A stretch of 64,000 nucleotides of DNA from Parcubacteria group bacterium GW2011_GWA2_40_23 (GCA_000996245.1 LBYP01000001.1:17197-81196), one strand, 5' to 3'. Numbered from the stretch's first letter, positions 19,062 to 30,432 are shown. Numbers and translations: made by a program. Notes: a model not told the origin generated them from the letters alone.

Positions 19062-19556
19062 ATGAGAGGAAAACAAGCTCCAAAAAGAAAAATTAAGCCA
19101 GATAGTAAGTATAATAGTACTTTAGTGGCTAAATTTATTAATTACATCATGGAACGTGGCAAAAAATCAGTCGCTGAACAAATTGTTTACGATTGTTTTA
19201 ATATTATTGATGATCAAATTAAATCAGGTAAGATTGCTAAGGAAAATGAAAATGCTCTTAATGTTTTTGATCTCGCAGTAAAAAACGTTTCACCGCAAAT
19301 TGAAGTTAAAAGTAAACGGGTTGGTGGTGGTAATTATCAAATCCCAATTCCAGTTCGTGGCGAACGCAAATACTATTTAGCTTTTCATTGGTTAATCAAT
19401 GCTGCTACTTCAAAAAAAGGTAGACCAATGGCCAAAAAGTTAGCTGACGAATTAATTGCTGCTTTGAATAATGAAGGTGATGCTATTAAAAAGAAAAATG
19501 ATGTGCATCGTATGGCAGAAGCCAATCGCGCCTTTGCTCATTTCGCACGTGGTTAA
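19062..19556 (+). CDS. rpsG: 30S ribosomal protein S7
   Basis: 164 aa, S7 family. Sits in the position between rpsL and fusA. Confidence 0.9.
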   Translation: MRGKQAPKRKIKPDSKYNSTLVAKFINYIMERGKKSVAEQIVYDCFNIIDDQIKSGKIAKENENALNVFDLAVKNVSPQIEVKSKRVGGGNYQIPIPVRGERKYYLAFHWLINAATSKKGRPMAKKLADELIAALNNEGDAIKKKNDVHRMAEANRAFAHFARG

Positions 19557-19583
19557 ATATTAAATTATTAGTTTTAAAATTGT

Positions 19584-21662
19584 ATGCCTCGTGAATATAG
19601 CCTTGAAAACACCCGTAATATCGGGATTATTGCTCACATTGATGCTGGTAAAACAACAGTTTCAGAACGTATTTTGTTTTATACTGGCAAGAAACATAAA
19701 ATAGGTGAAGTTCATGAAGGCGCAGCTGAAATGGATTGGATGGATCAAGAGCGAGAACGCGGTATTACTATTACTTCAGCCGCTACGACTTGTTTTTGGA
19801 AGGGGATACGCATCAATTTAATTGATACTCCCGGGCACGTTGATTTTACTGCAGAAGTTGAACGTTCACTCCGTGTTTTAGACGGCGGTGTGGTTGTTTT
19901 TGATGGCGTTGCTGGTGTGGAACCACAATCAGAAACTGTGTGGCATCAAGCGGACAAATATCATGTGCCACGCATTGCTTTTATTAACAAAATGGATCGC
20001 ATGGGCGCTGATTTCTACGCTGATTTAGCTTCCATCCACGATCGTTTAACTAAAGATGCTCACCCAATTCAATTGCCAATAGGATCAGCTGAAACCTTTA
20101 AAGGTATTATCGATTTATTAACTCGCGTTGCCTATATTTTTGAAGATGATTTAGGTGTCAAGGTGACCGAAATAGAAATCCCAGCTGATATGAAAGATAA
20201 AGTTGAAGAATATCGCGCCAAGTTGGTTGAGGCGATTGCTGAAAATGATGAAGTGCTGATGGACAAATATTTAAATGGTCAAGAAATTTCAATTGAAGAG
20301 TTAAAGCCAGTTTTGCATAAAGCGATTGTTGATAATAAGATTGTTCCTGTGGCTACAGGTAGCGCTTTAAAGAATAAAGGAATTCAACAATTGTTAGATG
20401 CTGTTGTTGATTACTTGCCAAACCCCTTAGAAATTCCACCACTAGAAGCTATTGATCCCAAGGATCCTGAAAAAACAATCACTATTAAGCCAGATGATAC
20501 TGCATCATTTGCAGGTTTAGCTTTTAAAATTGCGACTGACCCCTTTGTGGGCAAGTTGTGTTTTGTGCGTGTTTATTCTGGTGTTTTAAAATCAGGTTCT
20601 TATATTGTTAATGTTAATACTGGAGAAAAAGAACGTGTCGGACGTTTGGTACGTATGCACGCTAACCACCGCGAAGAAATTACTGAAGTTTATGCTGGTG
20701 AAATTGCAGCTATTATTGGTTTAAAAAATACTTTTACTGGTCACACTCTTTGCGATGAAGATCATAAGGTTCTTTTGGAAATGATTACCTTTCCTGAACC
20801 AGTTATTGATTTGGCTATTGAACCAAAAACAAAGGCTGATCAAGAGAAAATGGGTATTGCATTACAAAAATTGGCTGAAGAAGATCCAACGTTCAGAGTA
20901 CGCACAGACGAAGAAACTATGCAGACTGTTATTGCTGGTATGGGTGAATTACACCTTGAAGTTTTGGTCGAACGAATGAAACGTGAGTTTAAGGTAGAAG
21001 CCAATGTTGGAAAGCCTCAGGTTGCTTTTAAAGAAACAATTAAAAAAGAAGCAGAAGCGGAAGGCAAATATATTAAACAATCTGGAGGCCGTGGACAATA
21101 TGGTCATTGTTGGATTAAAGTTGCACCGCTAGAACGTGGTGGTGGCTTTCAATTTGTGGATGAAGTTAAAGGTGGTTCTATTCCACGTGAATATATCCCT
21201 GCTATTGAAAAAGGTATTAAAGAAGCTTTAAGCCGTGGTATTTTAGCTGGTTATCCTGTTTTAGATATTAAGGCTACTGTTTTTGATGGTTCCTTCCATG
21301 AAGTTGACTCTTCTGAAGCTGCTTTCAAAATCGCTGGTTCAATGGCTTTCCAAGAAGCTGCCCGTAAGGCTGAGCCAGTTGTATTAGAGCCGATTATGAA
21401 GATTGAAGTTGTTGTGGCTGAAAAATATTTGGGGGATGTTGTGGGAGATCTAAATTCTCGCCGCGCCCAAATTAGTGAAATGAAAGACAGAGGAAATACC
21501 AAAGTTATCGATGCTACAGCACCTCTTTCTGAAATGTTTGGATACGCTACACAATTACGTTCAATTACACAGGGTCGCGGTAGTTATTCAATGGAATTTA
21601 AGCATTATGCTGATGTCCCAGGTAATGTTCTTAAGGAAATGCTAGAAGCTAAAAAGAAATAG
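19584..21662 (+). CDS. fusA: Elongation factor G
   Basis: 692 aa. G-domain motifs [21 protein letters not shown]. Confidence 0.95.
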   Translation: MPREYSLENTRNIGIIAHIDAGKTTVSERILFYTGKKHKIGEVHEGAAEMDWMDQERERGITITSAATTCFWKGIRINLIDTPGHVDFTAEVERSLRVLDGGVVVFDGVAGVEPQSETVWHQADKYHVPRIAFINKMDRMGADFYADLASIHDRLTKDAHPIQLPIGSAETFKGIIDLLTRVAYIFEDDLGVKVTEIEIPADMKDKVEEYRAKLVEAIAENDEVLMDKYLNGQEISIEELKPVLHKAIVDNKIVPVATGSALKNKGIQQLLDAVVDYLPNPLEIPPLEAIDPKDPEKTITIKPDDTASFAGLAFKIATDPFVGKLCFVRVYSGVLKSGSYIVNVNTGEKERVGRLVRMHANHREEITEVYAGEIAAIIGLKNTFTGHTLCDEDHKVLLEMITFPEPVIDLAIEPKTKADQEKMGIALQKLAEEDPTFRVRTDEETMQTVIAGMGELHLEVLVERMKREFKVEANVGKPQVAFKETIKKEAEAEGKYIKQSGGRGQYGHCWIKVAPLERGGGFQFVDEVKGGSIPREYIPAIEKGIKEALSRGILAGYPVLDIKATVFDGSFHEVDSSEAAFKIAGSMAFQEAARKAEPVVLEPIMKIEVVVAEKYLGDVVGDLNSRRAQISEMKDRGNTKVIDATAPLSEMFGYATQLRSITQGRGSYSMEFKHYADVPGNVLKEMLEAKKK

Positions 21663-21685
21663 AAGCTAAAAGAGAAAGAAATATT

Positions 21686-22000
21686 ATGTTGATAGATAAA
21701 TGGACAAAAATATTTTCTTTAGTGAAAAAAACAGGGGATAAAGTCATCATCTTTGATGAAAAAGGTATTGATACGTTAGTGGTTATGCCCTTTGATCAGT
21801 ATGAGCGACTTATTTCTCAATCTACGCAGGTAAAAGGGTTGACAGAAGATGAAATGTTAGATAGAATAAACCAGGATATTGCGCGCTGGCAGGCGACGCA
21901 AAAAGAAACACAACCAGTAGTTGAAAATTTAGAAAAAGAATCTGTTTCTGATGATAAAGATGAAGAAGACGAACGTTATTATGTCGAACCGTTAGAATAG
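21686..22000 (+). CDS. Hypothetical acidic protein inserted between fusA and tuf
   Basis: 104 aa ORF with an acidic C-terminus (DDKDEEDERYYVEPLE). No recognised family. Confidence 0.45.
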   Translation: MLIDKWTKIFSLVKKTGDKVIIFDEKGIDTLVVMPFDQYERLISQSTQVKGLTEDEMLDRINQDIARWQATQKETQPVVENLEKESVSDDKDEEDERYYVEPLE

Positions 22001-22002
22001 CC

Positions 22003-22030
22003 TTGCCAAAAAGAGAAATTGTGATATAAT
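22003..22030 (+). promoter_or_regulatory. Candidate promoter for tuf (TTGCCA-16-TGaTATAAT, extended -10)
   Basis: Seen directly. A 5'-UTR hairpin AGCGAC...GTCGCT follows, at about 22067-22108. Confidence 0.45.
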
Positions 22031-22118
22031 TTATATACGTAAAAATTTTAAATAATTAATTTTAAGCGACTGGATGAAACCCTACTTTAGGTGGGGGTCG
22101 CTGACGGAGAAATATACA

Positions 22119-23309
22119 ATGGTCGCAACATTTGAACGAACTAAACCGCATGTAAACATCGGAACAATTGGTCACGTTGACCACGGTAAGACAACATTAA
22201 CTGCCGCTATTTTGAAGTACTTACGAGGCAAGGGTGGAGTAGCACAAGACAAGGGTATTGATGACTTGGATAAAGCTCCAGAATCAAAGGCTCGTGGTAT
22301 TACTATTGCTACAGCTCACGTTGAGTATGAGACAGAAAAAAGACACTATGCACACGTAGATTGTCCGGGGCATGCTGATTATGTAAAAAACATGATTACT
22401 GGTGCTGCTCAGATGGATGGTGCTATCGTTGTTGTAGCTGCTACTGATGGTCCTATGCCTCAAACTCGCGAACACATTTTGTTAGCTCGCCAAGTAGGTG
22501 TGCCATCAATCGTCGTTTTCTTAAACAAAGTTGATTTAGTTGAAGATAAAGAATTAATTGACCTAGTTGAAGAAGAAGTTCGTGATTTATTAAAGAAATA
22601 TGAATTCCCAGGAGATGAAACACCAATTATTCGTGGTTCAGCTCTAAAAGCTTTAGAAAATCCAACAGATCCAGAAGCTACAAAGTGTATCCAGGAATTG
22701 CTTGATGCTGTTGATTCATTTATCCCGGAACCAGTTCGTGAAATCGATAAACCTTTCTTGATGCCTATTGAAGACATCTTCTCAATTGAAGGTCGTGGTA
22801 CAGTTGTTACTGGACGTGTCGAACGTGGTATGGTAAAGGTTAATGAAGACATTGAAATTATCGGTTTAAAAGCAACCGCTAAGAGCGTGGTAACTGGTAT
22901 CGAAATGTTCAATAAACAATTACAAGAAGGCCGTGCTGGAGATAATGCTGGTATCCTTTTACGCGGCATCAAAAAGGAAGACGTTGAGCGTGGTCAAGTT
23001 ATTGCTAAACCAGGTTCAGTTACTCCTCATTCAGAGTTTGAAGGTAAAGTCTATGTTTTATCAAAAGACGAAGGTGGTCGTCATAAACCATTCTTCAAAG
23101 GATATAAGCCACAATTCTATATTAGAACAACAGATGTTACGGGTGAGGTAGAATTACCAGCAGGAACTGAAATGGTTATGCCTGGTGATACTGTTGTTTT
23201 GAATATTAAATTGATTTCACCTGTTGCGCTCGAAGAACAACAACGTTTTGCTATCCGCGAAGGTGGAAAGACTATTGGTGCTGGTGTTGTTAATAAGATT
23301 ATTAAATAA
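22119..23309 (+). CDS. tuf: Elongation factor Tu
   Basis: [38 protein letters not shown]. Start chosen at 22119, with GGAG 9 nt upstream. The ORF track extends to 22074. Confidence 0.95.
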   Translation: MVATFERTKPHVNIGTIGHVDHGKTTLTAAILKYLRGKGGVAQDKGIDDLDKAPESKARGITIATAHVEYETEKRHYAHVDCPGHADYVKNMITGAAQMDGAIVVVAATDGPMPQTREHILLARQVGVPSIVVFLNKVDLVEDKELIDLVEEEVRDLLKKYEFPGDETPIIRGSALKALENPTDPEATKCIQELLDAVDSFIPEPVREIDKPFLMPIEDIFSIEGRGTVVTGRVERGMVKVNEDIEIIGLKATAKSVVTGIEMFNKQLQEGRAGDNAGILLRGIKKEDVERGQVIAKPGSVTPHSEFEGKVYVLSKDEGGRHKPFFKGYKPQFYIRTTDVTGEVELPAGTEMVMPGDTVVLNIKLISPVALEEQQRFAIREGGKTIGAGVVNKIIK

Positions 23310-23315
23310 ACAGAC

Positions 23316-23645
23316 ATGGCAGACGAGAAGATAGACAAGAATATCCAGCGTGTTAGGATCAAAATCAAAGCCTATGATCACAAGGTTATTGATCAATCGA
23401 CACAGAAAATTATGGAAGCTTGTGAGCGTACTGGGGCAGAGATTCGAGGCCCCATACCTTTGCCAGTAGCGAAAAAACGCTATACTGTAAACCGTTCTAC
23501 CTTTGTTCATAAGGATGCTCGGGATCAGTATGAAATGCGTGTCCATAAGCGTCTTATTGATATCCTTAACCCAACAGCGAAAACGATAGATTCTCTTATG
23601 AATTTGAATTTACCAGCTGGGGTTGACATAGAAATAAAAATGTAA
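23316..23645 (+). CDS. rpsJ: 30S ribosomal protein S10
   Basis: [20 protein letters not shown] is typical S10. It lies only 6 nt after the tuf stop. Confidence 0.9.
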   Translation: MADEKIDKNIQRVRIKIKAYDHKVIDQSTQKIMEACERTGAEIRGPIPLPVAKKRYTVNRSTFVHKDARDQYEMRVHKRLIDILNPTAKTIDSLMNLNLPAGVDIEIKM

Positions 23646-23801
23646 TAGAATACATTCGAAATCCCCTGGGCTAGCGGCGCAATAACCGTTTACACGAAGT
23701 GTTGTGTTGCCGACCAGAGAGGAGCGGAGAATAGCAACTTGAAACGCGACATAAAAATTTAAGACAAGCGACTTATAAAACCGGGGGTTATAGAACCCAT
23801 T

Positions 23802-23826
23802 GACCGGACTTAAGTCCGGTCTTTTG
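23802..23826 (+). terminator. Intrinsic-terminator-like hairpin inside the S10 operon (GACCGGACT-taa-AGTCCGGTC-TTTTgatt)
   Basis: Perfect 9-bp stem plus a T-run, at the 3' end of an unusually long (about 190 nt), relatively GC-rich rpsJ-rplC spacer. Confidence 0.5.
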
Positions 23827-23839
23827 ATTATAAAGTAGT

Positions 23840-24556
23840 ATGAAATTCCTTATTGGCAAAAAACAAGAGATGCAGCAGGTCTTTGCTGAAGATGGAACAG
23901 CTCAAACAGTTACTTCTGTTATAGCTGGTCCCTGTTTTGTTACTGCCAAGAAAAGTATTGAAAAAGACGGTTATTCTGCTGTTCAATTCGCTTGGGAAGA
24001 ACTTCCAGCTAAAAAAGCCAATAAACCCTTATTGGGTTTTTTGAAAAAGATTTTTAATAAAGATATTGCTTACCGTCACATCAGAGAATGCCGTTTCCCA
24101 GAAGGAGACAAAATGATTAATGAGTTAACACCAGGGCAAAAGGTGGACGTTAGTATGTTTAATGTTGGAGATTTGGTTGATGTTGTAGGTACTTCAAAGG
24201 GTCGTGGGTTTCAAGGTGTAGTTAAACGTCATGGATTTCATGGTATGCCTAAATCACACGGACATAAAGATCAAGAGAGAATGCCTGGTTCTATTGGTGC
24301 GGGTGGTGTTCAACGTGTGTTTAAAGGAAAGCGTATGGGTGGTCACATGGGGGATCAATCTGTAACTGTAAAAAATCTTAAAGTAGTAGCTATTGATTTA
24401 GATACAAATAAATTACTTCTTGGTGGCTCTATCCCGGGTTGTCGCAATGGTCTTTTATTCATGCGCACTAAAGGTGATTTTGAAATTAATAAACCTGCCG
24501 CACCGGTTGTTGAACCTGTAGTTGAGGTAGAAAAGAAAGAAGAAACCAACATTTAA
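23840..24556 (+). CDS. rplC: 50S ribosomal protein L3
   Basis: 238 aa, L3 family (GKGFQGVVKRHGF). Confidence 0.9.
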   Translation: MKFLIGKKQEMQQVFAEDGTAQTVTSVIAGPCFVTAKKSIEKDGYSAVQFAWEELPAKKANKPLLGFLKKIFNKDIAYRHIRECRFPEGDKMINELTPGQKVDVSMFNVGDLVDVVGTSKGRGFQGVVKRHGFHGMPKSHGHKDQERMPGSIGAGGVQRVFKGKRMGGHMGDQSVTVKNLKVVAIDLDTNKLLLGGSIPGCRNGLLFMRTKGDFEINKPAAPVVEPVVEVEKKEETNI

Positions 24557-24563
24557 TAAAAGT

Positions 24564-25193
24564 ATGGTCAAAGCCAAATTATACAATAAAGAAGGGCAGG
24601 AAAAGGGTGAGGTTCAATTGAACCCAAAGATTTTTGAAATTGAAGCTAACGAAATCTTGGTTAAGCAAGCTATTGAGGCTGTTTTGGCAAATCGTCGTTT
24701 AGTTATAGCAGACACAAAAAATCGTGGCGAAGTTCGAGGTGGTGGGAAAAAACCATGGAATCAAAAGGGTACTGGGCGCGCTCGTCATGGTTCTATACGT
24801 TCTCCTCTTTGGAGAGGCGGTGGTGTTACCTTCGGTCCAAATACAGATAGAAATTTCACCAAGAAAATAAACAAGAAGGTTCGTACTACGGCTTTGTTAA
24901 TGGCATTATCAGATAAGGTGAAAAATGAAAAAACAATAGTTATTGACGAGTTGAATGCAGCAACTGGTAAGACCAAGGAATTATCACAGGCTTTGAAAGG
25001 AATGAAATTTAACCGTGGTTTAATTGTTTTGCCTAAGATGGAGAAAAATTTAGTGCGAGCATTGAATAATTTGCCACGCATTGAACTCATCGCCGCTAAT
25101 AGTTTAAATGTTTATGATGTCGTGAAGGCCTATCGAGTATTGTTTGTGGAGGCTGCCTTAAAAGAAACTGAAAAAACATTTTTGAGTAAATAA
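24564..25193 (+). CDS. rplD: 50S ribosomal protein L4
   Basis: 209 aa, L4 family (RGGGKKPWNQKGTGRARHGS). Confidence 0.9.
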   Translation: MVKAKLYNKEGQEKGEVQLNPKIFEIEANEILVKQAIEAVLANRRLVIADTKNRGEVRGGGKKPWNQKGTGRARHGSIRSPLWRGGGVTFGPNTDRNFTKKINKKVRTTALLMALSDKVKNEKTIVIDELNAATGKTKELSQALKGMKFNRGLIVLPKMEKNLVRALNNLPRIELIAANSLNVYDVVKAYRVLFVEAALKETEKTFLSK

Positions 25194-25195
25194 GT

Positions 25196-25627
25196 ATGAG
25201 TTTTTTAAATAAAATATTAAAGAAGACTGATGACGAAACTCTAGAGAAGAAAGAGCCTGTAGTTAAAGTTGCAAAGAAAGATGAAGAAAAAAAAGAAGAG
25301 GTTTTGTTAACTCATCAGAACAAAACAAAGAAACATGACGATCCATTGGCTTATCGTGTTATCTTGAAGCCTCTGATAACGGAAAAATCAACAGATTTAG
25401 CACAGTTGAATAAATATGTCTTTGTTGTCCCTGTGACAGCAAACAAGAACTCTGTTGCTGAAAGAATCTTCGGTATTTATGGAGTTAAACCAGTTAAAGT
25501 TAATATAATCAGACGCCCAGGCAAAGTGGTTCGCTCTGGACGCAAATCCGGCACCACTAAGAGCTATAAAAAAGCAATTGTTACCTTAGCTCCGGGTGAA
25601 AAAATTGAAGTCTACGAAGGAGTTTAG
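25196..25627 (+). CDS. rplW: 50S ribosomal protein L23, with an N-terminal Lys/Glu-rich extension of about 50 aa
   Basis: L23 core YRVILKPLITEKS...YVFVVPVTANK. 143 aa, against about 95 aa typical. Confidence 0.85.
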   Translation: MSFLNKILKKTDDETLEKKEPVVKVAKKDEEKKEEVLLTHQNKTKKHDDPLAYRVILKPLITEKSTDLAQLNKYVFVVPVTANKNSVAERIFGIYGVKPVKVNIIRRPGKVVRSGRKSGTTKSYKKAIVTLAPGEKIEVYEGV

Positions 25628-25636
25628 AATTAATAT

Positions 25637-26485
25637 ATGGCGATAAAAATTTACAAACCAACCGGAAATGCACGACGCCAAATGAGCGTGGTAGATTCTT
25701 CTAATCTTTCCAAAGCTCGTCCAGTAAAGAGATTGATTTCGATTATCAAAAAAACGGGTGGTCGTAATTCTCAAGGCAAGATTACTATTCGTCATCATGG
25801 TGGTGGCGCCAAGCAGTTTTATCGCATGGTTGATTTTAAGCGAGATAAATTTAATATTCCGGCTACTGTTAAGGCTTTGGAATATGATCCAAATCGTACT
25901 GCACACATCGCTCTATTACAATATGCTGATGGTGAAAAAAGATATATTATTGCCCCAGCAGGTATTCAAGTTGGCGATTCATTAATATCATCAAAAGAAA
26001 GCGTAAAGATACAAGTTGGTAATTGTACAAGATTAGAAAATATTTCAGTTGGCTCTTTAATTCATAATGTTGAATTATCAGCCGGTATGGGAGCAAAAAT
26101 GGTGCGTACAGCAGGTGCCTGGGCTAAGCTCATGGCGATTGAAGGAAAGTATGCCCAAATAAAAATGCCTTCTTCTGAAGTCCGCCTAATCGATAAGAAT
26201 TGTATGGCAACGCTAGGTGAAGTTGGTAATGCCGAGAAAATGCATGTTAAAATAGGTAAGGCCGGCCGTAATCGCCATCTGGGTATTCGTCCAACCGTTC
26301 GTGGTAAGGCTATGAACCCAGTAGATCACCCACATGGTGGTGGTGAGGGGCACAACCCGATTGGTCTGAAGCACCCAAAGACGCCTTGGGGCAAGCCAGC
26401 GCTTGGTGTGTTAACACGAAAGCGAAAGAAACAATCAAGCAAGTTCATTGTTCGTAAACGACAGAATAAGAGACTCAAGAAATAA
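25637..26485 (+). CDS. rplB: 50S ribosomal protein L2
   Basis: 282 aa ([22 protein letters not shown]). Confidence 0.95.
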   Translation: MAIKIYKPTGNARRQMSVVDSSNLSKARPVKRLISIIKKTGGRNSQGKITIRHHGGGAKQFYRMVDFKRDKFNIPATVKALEYDPNRTAHIALLQYADGEKRYIIAPAGIQVGDSLISSKESVKIQVGNCTRLENISVGSLIHNVELSAGMGAKMVRTAGAWAKLMAIEGKYAQIKMPSSEVRLIDKNCMATLGEVGNAEKMHVKIGKAGRNRHLGIRPTVRGKAMNPVDHPHGGGEGHNPIGLKHPKTPWGKPALGVLTRKRKKQSSKFIVRKRQNKRLKK

Positions 26486-26502
26486 TCACGAAAATATTAC
26501 AT

Positions 26503-26832
26503 ATGTCACGAAGTCTTAAAAAAGGACCATATATAGATCCTAAGTTGATAAAGAAGATCTTGAACCTGAAACCAGGAGAAAAGAAAACTATCAAGACTTG
26601 GGCTCGAAGATCAACAATCACTCCAGAAATGGTCGGACATACTTTTGGTGTGCATAATGGTAAGGATTTTCTTGATGTTTACGTTGTTGAGAATATGGTT
26701 GGCCATAAGTTGGGAGAATTTTCATTAACGAGAAAGTTTATTGGTCATGGTGGTAAGATGGCGAAAGAACAAGCTAAAGGACCAGCACCCGTTGTTAGTA
26801 AGCCTGCAGCTAAACCAGCTACTAAAAAATAA
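26503..26832 (+). CDS. rpsS: 30S ribosomal protein S19 (C-terminal extension)
   Basis: [15 protein letters not shown]...GHKLGEF, plus a C-terminal tail of about 20 aa rich in Ala/Lys/Pro. Confidence 0.9.
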   Translation: MSRSLKKGPYIDPKLIKKILNLKPGEKKTIKTWARRSTITPEMVGHTFGVHNGKDFLDVYVVENMVGHKLGEFSLTRKFIGHGGKMAKEQAKGPAPVVSKPAAKPATKK

Positions 26833-26840
26833 TCAATGAT

Positions 26841-27365
26841 ATGCAAGTAAAGGCAAAAGCAAAATACATCCACATCGCACCAAGAAAAGTTCGCCTCGTC
26901 GCTGGGGTAGTGCGTGGTCTTGATGTTGACTTGGCTTTACAAAAGTTATCTGTCATGGACAAACGTTCTGTGGCTCCGGTTCAGAAGTTATTAGATTCAG
27001 CCATTGCTAGTGCTGAGCACAATTATGAATTAACAAAAAACAATTTATTTATAGAAAGAATTATAGTTAATGATGGCCCAACAAATTTTCGGTGGATGCA
27101 AAAAGCTTTTGGTCGTGCGACTCCACTTAGACATCGTACTTCCATAATTGATATTATATTGGCTGAAAAGAATCCGGAAAGTAAGTCGAAAGCAAAGAAG
27201 AAAAAAGGAAAAGAGCAAATTGCTACAGAAGTAATTGCAGACGAGGTTAAGGAAACAAAGGACATTAAGAAAGATGATCATAAGGTTGCGAAACATCCAG
27301 GTTTGCGGAAGGGAAGTGAAAAAAGTTTAATAAAGAAAGTTTTTCGCAGAAAAACCGGAATGTAA
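26841..27365 (+). CDS. rplV: 50S ribosomal protein L22 (Lys-rich C-terminal extension)
   Basis: 174 aa. L22 core followed by a basic tail of about 60 aa. Confidence 0.9.
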   Translation: MQVKAKAKYIHIAPRKVRLVAGVVRGLDVDLALQKLSVMDKRSVAPVQKLLDSAIASAEHNYELTKNNLFIERIIVNDGPTNFRWMQKAFGRATPLRHRTSIIDIILAEKNPESKSKAKKKKGKEQIATEVIADEVKETKDIKKDDHKVAKHPGLRKGSEKSLIKKVFRRKTGM

Positions 27366-27376
27366 AAATATTTAAT

Positions 27377-28042
27377 ATGGGTAAAAAAATAAATCCAAAA
27401 GTATTCCGACTAGGGCAAACGAGAACTTGGGACTCGCGCTGGTTTTCTAGTAAAAATTTTAGCAATCTTTTGCAACAAGATATTTTAATCAAAAAGTTTT
27501 TAAATAAAAAGTTAGAAGGTGCTTTTGTTTCAAGAATTGAAATCGAAAGAACCGCTAAAGAAGTTAATGTTATTGTTACTTCTGCTCGTCCTGGTGTCAT
27601 CATCGGTCGTGGCGGGGTAGGAGTAGAAGATCTAAAGAAGGAAATCAAAAGACAATATTTGAAAGATAGAAAAATTGCTGTAAATATTAATATTAAGGAA
27701 GTAGAGAATGTTAATACTGATGCCACAATTGTTGGTTTGGGTATTAAGGCAGATATTGAAAAGCGTATCCCTTTCCGTCGCGCCATGAAGCAAGCTATTA
27801 ATAAGGTAGAGAAGGCTGGCGCCAAGGGGGTTAAGGTTCAAATATCTGGACGTTTAAATGGAGTAGAAATTGCGCGTTCAGAAAAATTATTATCAGGTAA
27901 AGTTCCATTACATACTATCCGTGCTGATGTAGATTATGCGCAGATAGAAGCCTTCACTCTTTATGGAGTTATCGGTATAAAAGTGTGGATTTACCGCGGT
28001 GACATTTTTAATGTAAAAAAAGTAGAAACTACAAAAGAATAA
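27377..28042 (+). CDS. rpsC: 30S ribosomal protein S3
   Basis: KH domain followed by the S3 C-terminal domain (GRLNGVEIARSE). Confidence 0.95.
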   Translation: MGKKINPKVFRLGQTRTWDSRWFSSKNFSNLLQQDILIKKFLNKKLEGAFVSRIEIERTAKEVNVIVTSARPGVIIGRGGVGVEDLKKEIKRQYLKDRKIAVNINIKEVENVNTDATIVGLGIKADIEKRIPFRRAMKQAINKVEKAGAKGVKVQISGRLNGVEIARSEKLLSGKVPLHTIRADVDYAQIEAFTLYGVIGIKVWIYRGDIFNVKKVETTKE

Positions 28043-28053
28043 GATATTAAGAT

Positions 28054-28467
28054 ATGTTAACGCCAAAAAAAGTAAAACATCGTAAATGGCAGAAGGGTCG
28101 TGGACGCGATAGAGAATCGGTCGCTACCCGCATGGTTGATATTTCTTTTGGGCAATATGGTTTAAAGGCTATAACAGCTGGTTGGATTGATTCTAGACAA
28201 ATCGAGGCTTCTCGCCGAGCGATTACACGTCATATTAAACGTGGTGGTAAGGTCTGGATTCGTATTTTCCCAGATAGACCAGTTAGCTCTAAGGGATCAC
28301 AAACAACTATGGGTGGCGGTAAAGGCAACCCTGACAAATATGTTGCCGTTGTAAAACCAGGAACAATTATGTTTGAAATGGATGGTGTTGCAGAGGATAT
28401 TGCTAAAGAAGCCTTAAGATTGGCATCACATAAGTTGCCAGTAAAGACAAGATTCATTGCTAAGTAA
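28054..28467 (+). CDS. rplP: 50S ribosomal protein L16
   Basis: [16 protein letters not shown]... Confidence 0.95.
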   Translation: MLTPKKVKHRKWQKGRGRDRESVATRMVDISFGQYGLKAITAGWIDSRQIEASRRAITRHIKRGGKVWIRIFPDRPVSSKGSQTTMGGGKGNPDKYVAVVKPGTIMFEMDGVAEDIAKEALRLASHKLPVKTRFIAK

Positions 28468-28475
28468 TTTATTAT

Positions 28476-28670
28476 ATGAAGCTGCGCGAATTAAAAGATA
28501 AAACAACAGACGAATTACAGAAACTCTATAAAGAGCTTTGTGTTAAAAGACAAGAGTTTAATTTTAAAGTTGCCAGCAAGCAAATGAAGAATGTTCGTGA
28601 TATGCGCAAGCTAAAGATTAATACAGCTCAAATCTTAACGATTTTAAAGATAAGAAAAGAAGTAAAATAA
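28476..28670 (+). CDS. rpmC: 50S ribosomal protein L29
   Basis: 64 aa, MKLRELKDKTTDELQK... Confidence 0.85.
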   Translation: MKLRELKDKTTDELQKLYKELCVKRQEFNFKVASKQMKNVRDMRKLKINTAQILTILKIRKEVK

Positions 28671-28674
28671 TTAT

Positions 28675-28929
28675 ATGGAACAAGCAGCAAAAAAAATCAG
28701 CCGCCGTTTTGAAGGCGAAGTGGTAAGTACCAAAATGGATAAAACAGCTGTAGTTTTAGTTGCTCGAACTGTTAGACACAAAAAGTATTTAAAACAATAT
28801 ATCGTGAGCCGTAAATATAAGGCTCATGATGAGAAAAATGAATGTAAAGTTGGTGAAAAAGTTGAAATCCGTGAATGTTGTCCTATGAGTAAAGATAAAA
28901 AATGGATTATTGTTAGAAAAGTTAAGTAA
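28675..28929 (+). CDS. rpsQ: 30S ribosomal protein S17
   Basis: 84 aa, [20 protein letters not shown]... Confidence 0.9.
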   Translation: MEQAAKKISRRFEGEVVSTKMDKTAVVLVARTVRHKKYLKQYIVSRKYKAHDEKNECKVGEKVEIRECCPMSKDKKWIIVRKVK

Positions 28930-28937
28930 TATTTTAT

Positions 28938-29309
28938 ATGATACAACACAGAACTATGTTAAAATCCGCGGATAATACAGGAGCTAAAATTCTCCAATGT
29001 ATTAGAGTTCTTGGTGGATATAAAAAGCGCTATGCGCGTATTGGTGATGTTGTTAATATTACTATTAAAGTAGCTAAGCCACATAGTATGGTTAAAAAAG
29101 GTGAGGTTCATCATGCTGTGGTTGTCAGAACTGCCAAGGAAGTCCGTCGTCATGATGGGTCATATATACGTTTTGATGAAAATGCTGTTGTGCTTATCGA
29201 TAATAAAACCAAGGAACCAAAAGGCACACGTATTTTTGGACCAGTAGCTAGAGAATTAAGACAATTCGGATTTAATAAAATTATTTCATTAGCACCCGAG
29301 GTGCTTTAA
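28938..29309 (+). CDS. rplN: 50S ribosomal protein L14
   Basis: [17 protein letters not shown]... Confidence 0.95.
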   Translation: MIQHRTMLKSADNTGAKILQCIRVLGGYKKRYARIGDVVNITIKVAKPHSMVKKGEVHHAVVVRTAKEVRRHDGSYIRFDENAVVLIDNKTKEPKGTRIFGPVARELRQFGFNKIISLAPEVL

Positions 29310-29312
29310 ATA

Positions 29313-29678
29313 TTGGATATGAAGTTAAGAAAAGGCGATAAAGTACAAATTATTAAAGGTAAAGACCGCGTCCGCAAGACAAAAGCGGGCGAAAAAATGA
29401 CCAAGGGTAACCAAGGTAAAGTTATTGCGGTTTTGCCAGAGAAAGCACGCCTAGTAATTGAAGGTTTGAATTTACGTTATAAACATATTCGTCCAAAACG
29501 TGAAGGTGAAAAAGGCCAAAGAGTTGAATTACCAACTTCAATTTCAATATCTAACGTAATGTTGGTTTGTCCTAAGTGTAGTAAAGCTACACGCGTTGGT
29601 TACCGTCTTTTGGACTCAGATATTAAGGGTAAGAAAAAGGTACGTATTTGTAAAAAATGTGGAGAAGCAATTGATTAG
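29313..29678 (+). CDS. rplX: 50S ribosomal protein L24 with a C-terminal Cys4 zinc ribbon
   Basis: KOW motif (KGDKVQIIKGKDR) plus CPKC...CKKC. Confidence 0.85.
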   Translation: MDMKLRKGDKVQIIKGKDRVRKTKAGEKMTKGNQGKVIAVLPEKARLVIEGLNLRYKHIRPKREGEKGQRVELPTSISISNVMLVCPKCSKATRVGYRLLDSDIKGKKKVRICKKCGEAID

Positions 29679-29689
29679 TATATAAATTT

Positions 29690-30241
29690 ATGAATAATTT
29701 GTTAAAACAATATCGAGAGACAATTGCCCCAGCATTGATGGCCAAGTTTAGTTATAAAAACAAAATGGCTGTGCCAAACCTAAATAAGGTTGTGCTTAAT
29801 GTTGGTATGGGACAATCATTGAAAGACAAAGAATTCATTGAAGCTGTGGTGAAAACCTTAGAAAGAATCACAGGGCAAAGACCAGTAAAAACAATAGCAA
29901 AAAAAGCTATTTCAAACTTTAAGATTCGCGAAGGACAAGTTATTGGTGCTATGGTAACGTTACGTGGAAACATGATGTGGGATTTTATAGAAAAACTAAT
30001 TAAGGTCACATTACCACGTGTACGCGACTTTAGAGGTATTTCAACCACTGGTTTTGATAAAAAGGGTAGTTATTCATTAGGATTAAAAGAATATATTTGT
30101 TTCCCAGAAATACAGCAGGATGAAGTTGAACGTTTGCATGGTTTGCAAGTAAACGTAGTCACTACAGCACAAACAGCAGCTGAAGGCAGAGAATTATTGA
30201 CATATCTTGGATTTCCATTTAAAACAGAAGAGAATAAATAA
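29690..30241 (+). CDS. rplE: 50S ribosomal protein L5
   Basis: 183 aa, L5 family. Confidence 0.95.
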   Translation: MNNLLKQYRETIAPALMAKFSYKNKMAVPNLNKVVLNVGMGQSLKDKEFIEAVVKTLERITGQRPVKTIAKKAISNFKIREGQVIGAMVTLRGNMMWDFIEKLIKVTLPRVRDFRGISTTGFDKKGSYSLGLKEYICFPEIQQDEVERLHGLQVNVVTTAQTAAEGRELLTYLGFPFKTEENK

Positions 30242-30246
30242 TATAT

Positions 30247-30432
30247 ATGGCAACAGAAGCACAAATCGCAAAATCAAAAGGAAAGCAGAAATTTCCAACA
30301 CGAAAAGTTAATCGTTGCTGGAAGTGCGGTCGCCGACATGGTTATATGCGAGACTTTGATTTATGCCGTATTTGTTTTCGTGAATTAGCTGACCGTGGTG
30401 AGATCCCGGGCATAACAAGAAGTAGTTGGTAA
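30247..30432 (+). CDS. rpsZ: 30S ribosomal protein S14, zinc-binding type Z
   Basis: 61 aa, CWKCGRRHGYMRDFDLCRICFRELA. Confidence 0.9.
   Translation: MATEAQIAKSKGKQKFPTRKVNRCWKCGRRHGYMRDFDLCRICFRELADRGEIPGITRSSW

Noticed and set aside
22460-22972. Long antisense ORFs within tuf, fusA and the r-protein genes (for example 22460-22972 -, 27265-27825 -, 21251-21502 -)
   Set aside because: They are antisense to highly conserved genes with unmistakable motifs.
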